Part shown: positions 50,091-60,577 of the stretch, piece by piece
Numbering within the stretch: position 1 is the stretch's first letter
Layout of the letters: each line of letters begins with the position of its first letter
NCBI GenBank assembly: GCA_021820565.1
Contig: JAKADL010000001.1
Location: 2,786 to 66,785, forward strand
Length of the DNA: 64,000 nucleotides
From: Thermoplasmata archaeon
GTDB lineage: Archaea; Thermoplasmatota; Thermoplasmata; Thermoplasmatales; Thermoplasmataceae
Direction: 5' to 3'
Position numbers and translations under genes: made by a program
Notes under the pieces: generated by a model
The model's input: only the letters and a program-made list of their open reading frames with translations
Told to the model about the DNA's origin: nothing
The model's database searches: none

Positions 50091-50540
50091 CTATAAATGT
50101 TTAGTCATCCTGAATGCATTGACAGATCCCAGATAACTTAGATTATAATACCCGGAGATTAATTCTGAAATGATATATCCATGATTTTTATAGAAATTTA
50201 TTGCTCCCGAGTTTTTCTCCCTGACCTCCAGCACCACATCCTCATAGCCTCTCTTTTTTGCCTCTATTTCCATAGCCTTTATCAGAAGTGATCCGAGGCC
50301 ATGGCCGTGCTGCTCCGGTATAATTGCAATGCTTTCTATATCGACCGAAATTAGATTCAATTTCTCCATTGTTGCATAACCATATAACACACTGTTATCT
50401 TCAACAACCATTGTAAAACTCCCCGGGCTTTTAAGCATCATTTTAAGCATATAGTTAGAATACGCACCTTCGCCGAAGGCTTTCTGTTCAATTTGCGATA
50501 GAGAATTGAAATCCTGATCCCTGTAATACCTTACATGCAT
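50091..50540 (-). CDS. rimI: RimI/Ard1-like N-acetyltransferase
   Basis: SIAI.PEQHGHGLG, LEVREKN..AINFY and AFRM motifs. Confidence 0.85.
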   Translation of the reverse strand: MHVRYYRDQDFNSLSQIEQKAFGEGAYSNYMLKMMLKSPGSFTMVVEDNSVLYGYATMEKLNLISVDIESIAIIPEQHGHGLGSLLIKAMEIEAKKRGYEDVVLEVREKNSGAINFYKNHGYIISELISGYYNLSYLGSVNAFRMTKHL

Positions 50541-50588
50541 ATGTGGGGAATATGGGAGAGAAATATATAATTTAACGTCTGGAAAGAA

Positions 50589-51206
50589 TTATTTCCCAAC
50601 TCCGGGATATTCTGAAATTCTGTTATATAGCTGTATAGGCAAGTCCCGAAAACTGCTGTCCTTATCAATTATATTTTTCAGCGAATCACTGATCATAGGA
50701 TCAAATACAAGAATCTCGGCTGGTTTCAAAATGTGTATTACCGGCACTATATAGGTTCTGAATAAGGATTCGATAATATAGTCAAAGGTAACTATGCCAT
50801 TGAATTCCGTTCTCTGGAATAGGTTAAGAAATGTCTCTTTTTCCCTGGTTCTCAGTGGTACTATATTTATCATGGATACATTATCCAATTTTTCAGTAAT
50901 TGGGCGGTACTTATTTTTATAGAATTCCTTATCGTCAAAACTTTCTGGATCATCACCATGTATTCCATTAAAATTTATTATTAATTTATCTGTTTTATCC
51001 CCGTTGAGATTCAACACAGTAAAATCATCAACTGTAAATAGCATATTTATGTCCTGATAATCCAGATCATCATACTCCAGCCCGCCTGGAACAAAATCAT
51101 CCCTGCTTACATATGTACAGTCCTCTATTATATCAACGTTGAAAAGAAAATCAATCGCGTTATTTCTCAATTCATCCAGTTCATCCATGGTATCACCAAA
51201 TAGCAT
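50589..51206 (-). CDS. Hypothetical acidic protein
   Basis: 205-aa ORF just downstream of tRNA-Ser; likely start at ATG 51188 after GGTGA. Confidence 0.65.
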   Translation of the reverse strand: MLFGDTMDELDELRNNAIDFLFNVDIIEDCTYVSRDDFVPGGLEYDDLDYQDINMLFTVDDFTVLNLNGDKTDKLIINFNGIHGDDPESFDDKEFYKNKYRPITEKLDNVSMINIVPLRTREKETFLNLFQRTEFNGIVTFDYIIESLFRTYIVPVIHILKPAEILVFDPMISDSLKNIIDKDSSFRDLPIQLYNRISEYPGVGK

Positions 51207-51213
51207 TTATGAA

Positions 51214-51294
51214 CGCCACGGGGGTGATTCGAACACCCGATCCACAAGGGAACCAGCTCTCAAGGCTGGCGCCGTACCACTGGGCCACCGTGGC
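51214..51294 (-). tRNA. tRNA-Ser(TGA)
   Basis: Reverse complement gives acceptor GCCACGG/CCGTGGC+G, anticodon arm CCAGC-CTTGAGA-GCTGG, long variable arm and T-arm GGGTG-TTCGAAT-CACCC. Confidence 0.95.
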
Positions 51295-51302
51295 ATTAAA
51301 AA

Positions 51303-51890
51303 TTATTTGCGAAGTCTGCCGTTAGCTCTTATAGAAGGTCTGCTCTTATCGCTTCCGAGCCTGCCATGTCCGAGACCCCTGTTTTTATATGCTGCAGATG
51401 TTAAACCCCTGTATGCCCTTCCCTTGTTCTGAGGCTCTACTATCCATGAGATCTTAGGATCATTATATATTGCAGGTACCGCCTTATCTACAAGTATTAC
51501 CTCGTAATATTTATAAAGCCCATCCTCGCCAACATAATAGGAATTTAACACTTCGGTATTAGGGTACTTGTCTGCAACCCTCTCCTCTGCTATAACCTGA
51601 ATATTCTTTTTCAGGGTCATTTTAGTGTATCCGAGTCTTCTTGGCCTTCTTCCTCCCATTATTTTGGGTTTGTGCTGTCCGCCTCTTCTGACCCTAGCCC
51701 TTACCACTATGTATCCTTCCTTAGCCTTGTATCCTACATTTCTTGCCTTATCGAGTCTCGTGGGTCGCTCTACTCTCTCTATAGCATTGCCTCTTCTCCA
51801 TGAAATCATTCTTTCCTTTTGAATGCCGTATATGCTTGATTTTTTGAGGTGTTTCCATTCATCCCTTATTAAGCTGTATGAAGTTTCCAT
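51303..51890 (-). CDS. rpl15e: 50S ribosomal protein L15e
   Basis: [36 protein letters not shown] and RGLTSA motifs. Confidence 0.97.
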   Translation of the reverse strand: METSYSLIRDEWKHLKKSSIYGIQKERMISWRRGNAIERVERPTRLDKARNVGYKAKEGYIVVRARVRRGGQHKPKIMGGRRPRRLGYTKMTLKKNIQVIAEERVADKYPNTEVLNSYYVGEDGLYKYYEVILVDKAVPAIYNDPKISWIVEPQNKGRAYRGLTSAAYKNRGLGHGRLGSDKSRPSIRANGRLRK

Positions 51891-52036
51891 ATTATTCACT
51901 TTAGTTGGTACTCTATTTATAAATAATATTTATAGATTTTTATTTGCCCGGCTATTCAAATCCACCAGCGAACTATATTTTATAGGATTTTTCCGGATAC
52001 AACAAAATCAAAATAGTATTCTAATATCAGGTATCA

Positions 52037-52306
52037 TTGAAAGGGTCTATTATAAGAAAGAGATACGTACTCGTATTATGGGAATCCGAACCAGAAAAAA
52101 TGGATAGATACATCTATAATTGTTATCAGGTAAAAAGAAAATATAAAAATAACAATTTTTCCATACTGTTGTGCAATCAGCTCAACAAAATTACAGTTTG
52201 CAATGCAATCGAAAAAAAGGGTGGGAAGATTATAACTGTAAGTGGCACCATAAAAAAATGCAAACAATCACTTGAAAGCAATATAAACCATGCCATACAT
52301 TCCTGA
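52037..52306 (+). CDS. Rpp14/Pop5-family ribonuclease P component (short)
   Basis: RKRYV N-terminus and IITVSGTIKK C-terminus; next to rpl15e. Confidence 0.7.
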   Translation: MKGSIIRKRYVLVLWESEPEKMDRYIYNCYQVKRKYKNNNFSILLCNQLNKITVCNAIEKKGGKIITVSGTIKKCKQSLESNINHAIHS

Positions 52307-52315
52307 ACAATAATA

Positions 52316-53551
52316 TCATTTTATATCCAGGACCTGTGCAATAGATGAATATAATTTTTTATCTTTCTTTTTGATAATATTATAAAACCACATGTTTCTG
52401 GAAACCGTGGATACTGAAGTGTGCGATATGGATGACATCCGGCCTGCAAAAAATATCTTGCTGGATATTTCAATGTTCTTTTTTCGCAAGCCCAGTTTCT
52501 TGATATACGATGGGAAGTTGTACTTTACATAATGGCTGTTTTTTCCATTGACTACTAGGGACATGCCCGCTGTGATCTCCTTTGCGTAATTGTCCAGTGC
52601 AAAATCTTTGAATCTATTTCCATAGTAAATGTCAGCAAAGGACAGCAAATCATATGCATTCATGAGATCCACCGTATCACTATATTCAAATGGTATATTC
52701 TCATTTATCCATTTCATATAAAAATCAGTTTCTTCATCCATCCCGGATAAAGAATGTAAAATAGAGTTATAATCAGATGATCTGAACGTGTCGGAAGTTA
52801 AATAATAGATGGATTCAGAGGAATCCCTGCTATTATCACCGTAATCTGCTTCATGCACTTTATAAAGGTAAAGATCATTGATCATTGCCCTTATATCTGG
52901 TTCGTTGGATTTGATAATATCATCAATTTGCATGTCATTTATAGATATCCTTTCATTTCCGGCTATTTTCCTTAAAGCCTGCTTGACGGCCTGCCGGAAA
53001 TTTTTATAGTTTACTTCATTTTTTCTCCTGTACGGCGTCATTTCTATATCCAGTGAACGGGATATTATTTCTTTTGCATTATTTTTAGATTTGAATGAAT
53101 AGTAATCATTCATTGTTATGACAATGGGATTTCTGGTATTCTTTATGATATCAAGCAATTCCGAAATTCCACCTGCATCACCGCCTGTTGATTTGCTCCG
53201 GGATTCGAATATATTATCTGCCTCATCAATAAGAATCAATTTATCTGGTACCTTTGTATTTTCATCAAAAAGATCCCTGTATTCCGATGCCATCAATGCA
53301 ATCCTTTTCATATTTTCCCTGTTTCTCGATTCAGATGCATTCATTTCAATAACGTTGAGGCCAGCGTAACGGGCAAGTGCATACGCGGTGCTGGTTTTTC
53401 CTATACCTTGCTGCCCCCAGATGATAAGTGCTTTTTTGGTTTCAGTATGACTAATCCACGATTTGATCCAGCTTAACATGGCATCCTTTGCCTCACTGTT
53501 GAGGATCAGGTCGTTAATATTCTCTGGTCGATAATCGTCGGCAAATGACAT
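52316..53551 (-). CDS. rfcL: Replication factor C large subunit
   Basis: YRPE, GQQGIGKTS, EMNASESR, LIDEADN and DIRAMINDL motifs. Confidence 0.92.
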   Translation of the reverse strand: MSFADDYRPENINDLILNSEAKDAMLSWIKSWISHTETKKALIIWGQQGIGKTSTAYALARYAGLNVIEMNASESRNRENMKRIALMASEYRDLFDENTKVPDKLILIDEADNIFESRSKSTGGDAGGISELLDIIKNTRNPIVITMNDYYSFKSKNNAKEIISRSLDIEMTPYRRKNEVNYKNFRQAVKQALRKIAGNERISINDMQIDDIIKSNEPDIRAMINDLYLYKVHEADYGDNSRDSSESIYYLTSDTFRSSDYNSILHSLSGMDEETDFYMKWINENIPFEYSDTVDLMNAYDLLSFADIYYGNRFKDFALDNYAKEITAGMSLVVNGKNSHYVKYNFPSYIKKLGLRKKNIEISSKIFFAGRMSSISHTSVSTVSRNMWFYNIIKKKDKKLYSSIAQVLDIK

Positions 53552-53877
53552 TAATGTACCTTTGTTCCCGGTGCCATTTCTCTGTCCGGAGTCAGGAGTG
53601 AGACACCATTATCATCTTCCACCGCAAGAAGCATGCCCTGACTTTCCAGGCCCATGAATTTAGCCGGTTCGAGGTTATTGAGAATAACCAGTTGCTTTCC
53701 GATCATTTCCTCGGGTGTGTAATAGCTGGAGATGCTTGAAATAATTTGCTTTTTCTGATCTCCCAGATCTACTATGATCTTCAATAAATATCTTGATTTT
53801 TCTACTTTTTCACATTCTACAACCTTTCCTACCCTGATATCGAGTTTATGGAATTCATCAATGCTTATCTCTTCCAT
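53551..53877 (-). CDS. tRNA-binding OB-fold protein (Trbp111 / MetRS C-terminal-like)
   Basis: EFHKLDIRVG and NLEPAKFMGLESQGMLL motifs. Confidence 0.9.
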   Translation of the reverse strand: MEEISIDEFHKLDIRVGKVVECEKVEKSRYLLKIIVDLGDQKKQIISSISSYYTPEEMIGKQLVILNNLEPAKFMGLESQGMLLAVEDDNGVSLLTPDREMAPGTKVH

Positions 53878-53906
53878 AACCTGTATTTTAGCTATTCAAT
53901 ATAAAC

Positions 53907-55424
53907 TTATTCATTACGGAATACACTTTTAAAGGATAATGGGTTCAATGCCTTTATAAACGTTATTATTTCTCTGTATGTTATCTGTTTTATTGCAATA
54001 GCTACACCAAAGAATATCACAATAGATACCAGTGCAACAGGCAGGAACAACAGTATAGAATAAACTTGGATATAATATGTTATAACGTAGAGGAATGCAA
54101 ATTGCACAGCGACCGGTATGATCTGGTAAAATATAGTCATATCCGGTTTCATCGATTCTACTCTTATAACAACTATACGATATGTGATGGTTTCAAACAC
54201 CATTGCTATAAATGTACTTACAGCGCCACCCAGAACGCCCATTGACAGGAAAGTAATCCCGAATATTGATGGGGGAATGAGTACAAGATCCAGTATTATA
54301 TTTATTGTCAGGGCAATAATGGTAATTTCGCCTATTTTTTTGGTAAGCCCACGTGCCACAAGACTTGAAGAGTATGCGGAATTGATTGCAATGAGATATG
54401 CAGAAAGAGTAAGGAAGATAAGGATATCTGCATACGGTATAAGTGCAGCAGACCACAGATTGGCTAAATATACTCTCAGAGTTATAAACACAACAACCGC
54501 AGGGAGGATAAAAATAGAGATCGTCCGCTCAAATGATGATATATCTCCCTTGAATTTTTCGTGGTCTGAACTTTTCATGAGCAAAGGTATGAAAAAAATG
54601 CTGATTGTCCCGGCAAAGGTTGTAATCGGTCCGGTAATCTTCTGAAGGCTTGAAAATGCACCTGTTGCGACGGCATGCCAGTAGAATTCTATTAAAACCT
54701 TGTCTATATTGCCACTCACTGATCCTATTATGGAAGCAAGGGCAAGAGGATATGCTACCTTGGTATATTTACGGAATAGATCCATTGATGGTTTGCTGAA
54801 TTTCCATGGCCGCCCGAACATAAATGACACAAAGAAGTACATGAAATAGGAAATACTGTAAATAATTGCCATGATGACAGCGGCACTCAGCGTATTGTAG
54901 CCCGGAATCCTGAGAAAATATGCAGCCCCCAGTATGATAAAAAGCGAGTTTCTGACAACTGCTTCTATAATCTGTGGAATTGACATTCTGGCGGATTTCA
55001 TTTTTGAGTTGAAGTATATGTTTGCGACTCCTGCAAGTCTGTTAAAGAAGAAATACGGGAGCAGGAGTATAATAGTGTATATTTCAACATTGCTCTCGAA
55101 CCCTCTGTGAAATACATCAAGCCAGACAAAAAGTGAAATCAGAACAATTGATACAGTAATAAAGGTCTGTATTGACCTCACCGTAAGAAATGTCCCGTTG
55201 CATGTGCCTTCATCGTATTCCCCGGAAGATAAAAATCTCAGATGCGCGGTTCCATACCCAAGATCACCTACAATGCTCAAAACACCGATAAAAGCCAGGG
55301 AAAAACTCAGAAACCCCCATTCCTGCAACCCCACAAATCTTATTATAAAAAATAGGCCGATGTACCCGAAGATAGAATTTATAATCTGTCCGAAGACGAG
55401 CAGTGGAGATTTCTTAGCAATCAC
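53907..55424 (-). CDS. Oligosaccharide flippase (MOP/Wzx family)
   Basis: About 14 TM segments; DLGYG and NIDKVLI motifs. Confidence 0.85.
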   Translation of the reverse strand: MIAKKSPLLVFGQIINSIFGYIGLFFIIRFVGLQEWGFLSFSLAFIGVLSIVGDLGYGTAHLRFLSSGEYDEGTCNGTFLTVRSIQTFITVSIVLISLFVWLDVFHRGFESNVEIYTIILLLPYFFFNRLAGVANIYFNSKMKSARMSIPQIIEAVVRNSLFIILGAAYFLRIPGYNTLSAAVIMAIIYSISYFMYFFVSFMFGRPWKFSKPSMDLFRKYTKVAYPLALASIIGSVSGNIDKVLIEFYWHAVATGAFSSLQKITGPITTFAGTISIFFIPLLMKSSDHEKFKGDISSFERTISIFILPAVVVFITLRVYLANLWSAALIPYADILIFLTLSAYLIAINSAYSSSLVARGLTKKIGEITIIALTINIILDLVLIPPSIFGITFLSMGVLGGAVSTFIAMVFETITYRIVVIRVESMKPDMTIFYQIIPVAVQFAFLYVITYYIQVYSILLFLPVALVSIVIFFGVAIAIKQITYREIITFIKALNPLSFKSVFRNE

Positions 55425-55456
55425 TTAAACCGCATATAAATTACAACGGATAAACT

Positions 55457-55837
55457 TTATGAATCTATTTTATCCAGTATTTCTATCAATGCCTTTTCAT
55501 ATTTTTCCGCAACCTTGCCGTCTGTTGAAAGATATTCCTTTGAAAGTACAGATGGTTTAGGCATTATGAGTTTTGTATTCTTCCCGTGCTGAATCAGGAC
55601 AACCTTACAGGGGATAAAAGCACCTATATCCTCATTGTCGTGTATGAGATCAACAGCAGCAGGAGGATAGCATACGTCCAGAATATAATATGGCTCCAGT
55701 TCCGTCTTCATCTTTGTAAAAACTTCCTTTACATCTACATATGAAAGTATGAGCCAGTTTGCCTCCTTTAACATTTTATGGATTATGCCAAATATTTCCT
55801 CGGCATCTTTATTGAATGTTTTCTCATATGAGTACAT
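55457..55837 (-). CDS. DUF302 domain protein
   Basis: YYILDVCYPPAA...IGAFIPCKV motif. Confidence 0.85.
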   Translation of the reverse strand: MYSYEKTFNKDAEEIFGIIHKMLKEANWLILSYVDVKEVFTKMKTELEPYYILDVCYPPAAVDLIHDNEDIGAFIPCKVVLIQHGKNTKLIMPKPSVLSKEYLSTDGKVAEKYEKALIEILDKIDS

Positions 55838-55867
55838 AGATGCATATTACAGAAAAATATATAAACT

Positions 55868-57688
55868 TCATTTAGTGGACTTATTAATTTCTGACTCTTC
55901 CATAATCATGTACTGGAGTTTCTTTCCGGCTTTAATATATTTATAAACAGTGTTTCCTGTATCACTGTTCAATCTGAGCTTTATCATGCCTTTGGAGGAG
56001 CTTCTGGCAGAGAGGACGGAAATGCCGTCGACATACAATTTTACAGGACGATTCCTCGATCCCACATCTATAAACAGTGTTTTATTTTTAATTTCTATTA
56101 TGGCATCCTGCATTATATTTGCATCATCTGATAAAGTATCCACATCAATCTTCAGACCGTAGGATTTTTCAAGCCCGTTTACTGTCTCGCCCTTTCTGCC
56201 GATGAGTCTGGGTATTTTGGCATCCGGAACTTTGATGGTTACCCTGCCCTCTGACATCACCTGAACATCCACATGATCTGTATCGAGGAGCTGCATCATA
56301 TCATCCCTGATTTTGGCAGCAGCCAGTGCAAATAACGGATTCTGCCCGGTTTTTTCATCTCCCACCGGTATTACCACAACCTGGTCTCCGAATGTATAAA
56401 TTTCACTGACGGGTTTGTTCTTCAGAAAATCCCTTATAACTATTACTGGCCTTGCAAGATCTTCCTGATTGAGGCCATAGGGTATTTTTATCTCGTAATC
56501 GGTGGTTAGAACCTGTGCTACCTTCCCGCCCTCAATAAACAGGACCGTGTCAACAACCTGTGGTATGAGTCCGAGTTCTATTCTTCCCACAAAACGCTGT
56601 ATGGCATCAACTGCCCTTGTAGAATGAACAACCCCTATCATACCAACCCCTGCAAGCCGTAGGTCTGAATACACCTTGAAATCCGATGTCACCCGCATTT
56701 CATCGAAAACGGTATAGTCTTCACGAACAAGAAGAAGGATATCCCCCGTTTTTTCCATATCTCCTTCCAGGGTTGTGTACTGGGTTATACTATCATTTAC
56801 CTGCAAATCCCTTGGTTTTTCCATGGTTTTAACAATTTTGCTTCTGGAAGCATAGTATTCCGCCAATGCAGTAACGAAGGTACTCTTTCCCGCTCCCGGG
56901 GATCCGGAAACCAGAATCCCATATGCCTTATTCTGAAGGCGGTCCATAATTCTTTTATCAAGTTTATAGTCTTCAATGGTTGTTTTAACCACGGGCCTCA
57001 CTGCGGTTATTTCCATGATATCAGAAAATGGAGGGCGCGTTATAACTATTCTCAAATTTTTCAGCTGTATAACCGTAGCGCCGAACATATCCATTTCAAT
57101 AAATGATTGATCCTCGAATTTACCACGCTGCACTATGTTGTATGCAATTTTCTCCAGTTCATCATATGACACGATATAATCAAGTTCTTTGAGTACCACC
57201 TCACCGGGCTTGCCGGTTTTAATAAGTGGCTTCATGCCTGCCTTTAAATGTACAGATGAAGTGTATTCATCAAAAAATTCCTGTATATCCTTTGCATCTT
57301 TCTCCTCGCCTTTAATGTAAACAACATTGATTCCCTTTATGGAGGCAATAATGCTCTGTATATGATCCCCTGTTACAAGTGTGGCATTATTATCAAGTGC
57401 CAGATTTCTTATTATATTGTCAATTTCACCACTGTGGGCATTTTTTATCTGCCATTCCATGGGGCGGTTCCCCATTATATCAATATAAATTTTGCCTGAA
57501 TCTGAGAGCATTCGCAATTTTTTGAGTTCTTCAAGTGCAGTAAAACCAATAGATCTACCCTCATTTGCCTGGTGCTCTATTTCCGCAATCATAGCCTCAG
57601 AAAGGATAACTCTTACATCCTTTTTATTGCCTATATAATCCCTAAATTTTCCGCTTACTATTACCGATGTATCAGGTACGTAATCCAC
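55868..57688 (-). CDS. PIN-domain ATPase with KH domain (PINA)
   Basis: VPDTSV, EHQAN.G, GSPGAGKST, DEMR and KH motif LIGRKG. Confidence 0.92.
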   Translation of the reverse strand: MDYVPDTSVIVSGKFRDYIGNKKDVRVILSEAMIAEIEHQANEGRSIGFTALEELKKLRMLSDSGKIYIDIMGNRPMEWQIKNAHSGEIDNIIRNLALDNNATLVTGDHIQSIIASIKGINVVYIKGEEKDAKDIQEFFDEYTSSVHLKAGMKPLIKTGKPGEVVLKELDYIVSYDELEKIAYNIVQRGKFEDQSFIEMDMFGATVIQLKNLRIVITRPPFSDIMEITAVRPVVKTTIEDYKLDKRIMDRLQNKAYGILVSGSPGAGKSTFVTALAEYYASRSKIVKTMEKPRDLQVNDSITQYTTLEGDMEKTGDILLLVREDYTVFDEMRVTSDFKVYSDLRLAGVGMIGVVHSTRAVDAIQRFVGRIELGLIPQVVDTVLFIEGGKVAQVLTTDYEIKIPYGLNQEDLARPVIVIRDFLKNKPVSEIYTFGDQVVVIPVGDEKTGQNPLFALAAAKIRDDMMQLLDTDHVDVQVMSEGRVTIKVPDAKIPRLIGRKGETVNGLEKSYGLKIDVDTLSDDANIMQDAIIEIKNKTLFIDVGSRNRPVKLYVDGISVLSARSSSKGMIKLRLNSDTGNTVYKYIKAGKKLQYMIMEESEINKSTK

Positions 57689-57830
57689 ATTAGATAATTG
57701 TCTATTATTATTTAAATAATTTTAATTTACTGAAAACCTTTATTTTACTGGATTTTAAACAATTTCATACCATTTTATGCCCTTACAGGGTACTCAAAAA
57801 TTATTTAATGCAGCTACTATTTAAGGTATA

Positions 57831-59288
57831 ATGGAAAAAACTGAAATAAGCCTGAATGAATACAGGGTTTTAGATTATATCAAGGACAAAAGAGATGTGC
57901 CGGAAGATTCACTTGACCTGGATATGGATGAACGTATCAAATCAAGTGCCGTGTCCTATCTTGAATTCAAAAAACTTATTGATGTCAGAAAGGAACCATC
58001 TGATACATTTACCGTTACAGAAGAAGGGAAAAAGTATATTGACCACGGATTTCCTGAGGAAAGACTCTACAAATTTTTGATGGAAAGAGGAGAATGCGGC
58101 CTTGAAGAGATCAAAAAATACATGGGGGATGACTATAAAATAGCAATGGCAAATATAGCAAAGATGGGGTTAAAGCCTGTCAATGGCACTTTAAGATTGG
58201 AAGATGGCGAATTTCTCAGTTTATTTCAATCAAGGAGGGATGCTCTTATCAGTATTAAAGGGGGGAATAAAATTCCTGATGAATTGCTGGATGTTTTTAT
58301 ACACAGAGGACTTGTGACACGGCACAGGGCCGTAAAGCGGATAATCAATATAAATAAGAATGGCATTTCAACCCTGCAGAACTATGAAAACAATGATTAT
58401 CTTGAAATTCTTACCCCAGAACTCATTGCTTCCGGCCAATGGAAAAACAGGAATTTCAGGCCTTATGACCTGAATTCAAGGGTCGAGCAGGTTAATGGTG
58501 GAGGATTGCATCCCCTGACATATTTAATAGAAAACGTAAGGAAGATATTCCTTGAAATGGGGTTCACAGAAATGCATGGCCATTTTATAGAATATACTGG
58601 ATGGAATATGGATATGCTTTTTATTCCACAGGATCATCCTGCAAGAGACCTACAGGATACATTCTACATAAACTCCGGAGAGGATATAGAATTTGAAAAC
58701 CCGGAGATACTTGAAATGGTAAAAAAAATACATGAAAGAGGATACGGGAAATACAGTGGCTGGAACTATAAATGGTCCGAGGAAGAGGCCAGAAAATTGA
58801 TTCTAAGGACACACACAACTGTTAATACGGTAAGATACCTTTATAATCACCGGGATAGCCCACAATTTGTTTTCTCCATAGAAAAGGTATTCAGGCATGA
58901 AAGCGTGGACTGGAAACATCTTTCCGAACTTTACCAGATAGAGGGTGCAGTTTATGGATCGAATGTTAATTTATCCACACTGAAATGGCTTCTCAGAGAA
59001 TTTTATTCCCGGCTGGGATTCAACAACATAAGATTGATCCCATCCTATTATCCATATACCGAGCCCAGCATGGATGTTGCGGTAGATATAAATGGAAAGG
59101 AAGTAGAGCTGGGTGGTTCCGGAATATTCAGACCTGAGGTTACAAGGCCCATGGGACTGAAATCTCCCGTGCTTGCCTTCGGACTCGGACTCGAAAGGCT
59201 GGCAATGCTCTATTATAATTTAAATGATATACGGGAAATATACAATAGTGACCTCGACTGGCTCAAAAATTATAAAATAAGGTTTTGA
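57831..59288 (+). CDS. pheS: Phenylalanine--tRNA ligase alpha subunit
   Basis: PQDHPARDLQDTFY, LRTHTT, FRHE, YYPYTEPS and GLGLERL motifs. Confidence 0.97.
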   Translation: MEKTEISLNEYRVLDYIKDKRDVPEDSLDLDMDERIKSSAVSYLEFKKLIDVRKEPSDTFTVTEEGKKYIDHGFPEERLYKFLMERGECGLEEIKKYMGDDYKIAMANIAKMGLKPVNGTLRLEDGEFLSLFQSRRDALISIKGGNKIPDELLDVFIHRGLVTRHRAVKRIININKNGISTLQNYENNDYLEILTPELIASGQWKNRNFRPYDLNSRVEQVNGGGLHPLTYLIENVRKIFLEMGFTEMHGHFIEYTGWNMDMLFIPQDHPARDLQDTFYINSGEDIEFENPEILEMVKKIHERGYGKYSGWNYKWSEEEARKLILRTHTTVNTVRYLYNHRDSPQFVFSIEKVFRHESVDWKHLSELYQIEGAVYGSNVNLSTLKWLLREFYSRLGFNNIRLIPSYYPYTEPSMDVAVDINGKEVELGGSGIFRPEVTRPMGLKSPVLAFGLGLERLAMLYYNLNDIREIYNSDLDWLKNYKIRF

Positions 59289-59289
59289 A

Positions 59290-60522
59290 TTATGTTGCAG
59301 AAAGATCCTGCAATTTTTGTTTCGAAGGCAGCATCGGAAGCATGATAATTGATATTATGGAAAATACCAGCATTACCACCAGTGATGTATACAGAGATAT
59401 GTTTACATACAGTAGAAGCGTTACTATAGCAATGCCCACAGCGCCACCTACTATATTGCCGAAGCTCCACACAAGTGCATTGGATCTGGTTGAAAATTTC
59501 TGGGGAATTGTCTGGGCAACATAGCCGAGAAGCACCGGGAAGCTGGTAAATGCGAATATTGCATATAATAGATAGATTACTGTAACAAGGTAGACATTAT
59601 CTGTAAGGAGGAGTAAACCGAAAAACAGGGTTGATGCTACCGTGGTAACTGCGATTGTAAATTTTCCACCGTGTTTTTTTACCACCGTTCCAAAATATGG
59701 CTGCCCGAATACTGCACCTAGAAAACTTATGGTAACTATATCTCCCATGATTATTTTTGAATGGAACACATCATCAAAATAATCCGGCGTAAACGTAACT
59801 GTTCCAATGAGGAAAAATGCCCGGATAAATACTATTGCCGTGAGGATATATAGAAATTTGCTATATTTGGCGTATTCGGCCCTGGATGCTTTATCCTCCA
59901 CAGTGTTCTTGCGATGTTTTTCTCTATCTATTTTTATATACTTTGTCCTTTTAAAGAAATTTAATCCGGTGAAGATGATGAAAGCAGCTATGAGTGTATA
60001 TATGGAAATAACAATAAGCCCCCCGAAATGCCCGAAAAATAACATTGAATAAACCAGTAGTGATGGTATTAAGGCCCTCCCGAGACTGCCAAATGACCCG
60101 TTTATTCCCATGGCAGACGAGGATTCCTGCTTCCCGTAGGTGAATGCTAGGATGGTTGCCCCGATAGGATGGTAGAAAGCCTGCCCTGCCCCCAGAATCA
60201 CTGATGCCACCAGTATTATATAAGTAGCATATGCTTCATATAAAAATACGAATCCGAACAATATTGCGGAAAGTGCCTCAAGAAATATGCCTGCAAATAT
60301 GAGCAGACCATCACGGTCTATCCTGTCGGCCAGTTTGCCTATTGACGGGCCGAGCAGTCCAGATAACAGATTGTAAATTATAGCCATCACACCCAAAAAT
60401 GCTATGCTTACATGAGGTATGACCTTATAATATGCAATCAGGGTCGGGAAAAGCAGGAAATTTCCGTCATTAGCAAAATGGCCGAGGGAAGTAAATATCA
60501 ATGATTTTCTGGTATCTTTCAT
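59290..60522 (-). CDS. MFS transporter
   Basis: GHFAND, GKLADRIDR (motif A) and FYHP. Confidence 0.9.
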   Translation of the reverse strand: MKDTRKSLIFTSLGHFANDGNFLLFPTLIAYYKVIPHVSIAFLGVMAIIYNLLSGLLGPSIGKLADRIDRDGLLIFAGIFLEALSAILFGFVFLYEAYATYIILVASVILGAGQAFYHPIGATILAFTYGKQESSSAMGINGSFGSLGRALIPSLLVYSMLFFGHFGGLIVISIYTLIAAFIIFTGLNFFKRTKYIKIDREKHRKNTVEDKASRAEYAKYSKFLYILTAIVFIRAFFLIGTVTFTPDYFDDVFHSKIIMGDIVTISFLGAVFGQPYFGTVVKKHGGKFTIAVTTVASTLFFGLLLLTDNVYLVTVIYLLYAIFAFTSFPVLLGYVAQTIPQKFSTRSNALVWSFGNIVGGAVGIAIVTLLLYVNISLYTSLVVMLVFSIISIIMLPMLPSKQKLQDLSAT

Positions 60523-60577
60523 TTTAACTTAAGTAGAAAACTGTATAAATATTTTTACTAAATTATTTACCGGTAAA

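Noticed and set aside
51139..51432. 97-aa plus-strand ORF
   Set aside because: It is antisense to tRNA-Ser and the 3' end of rpl15e.
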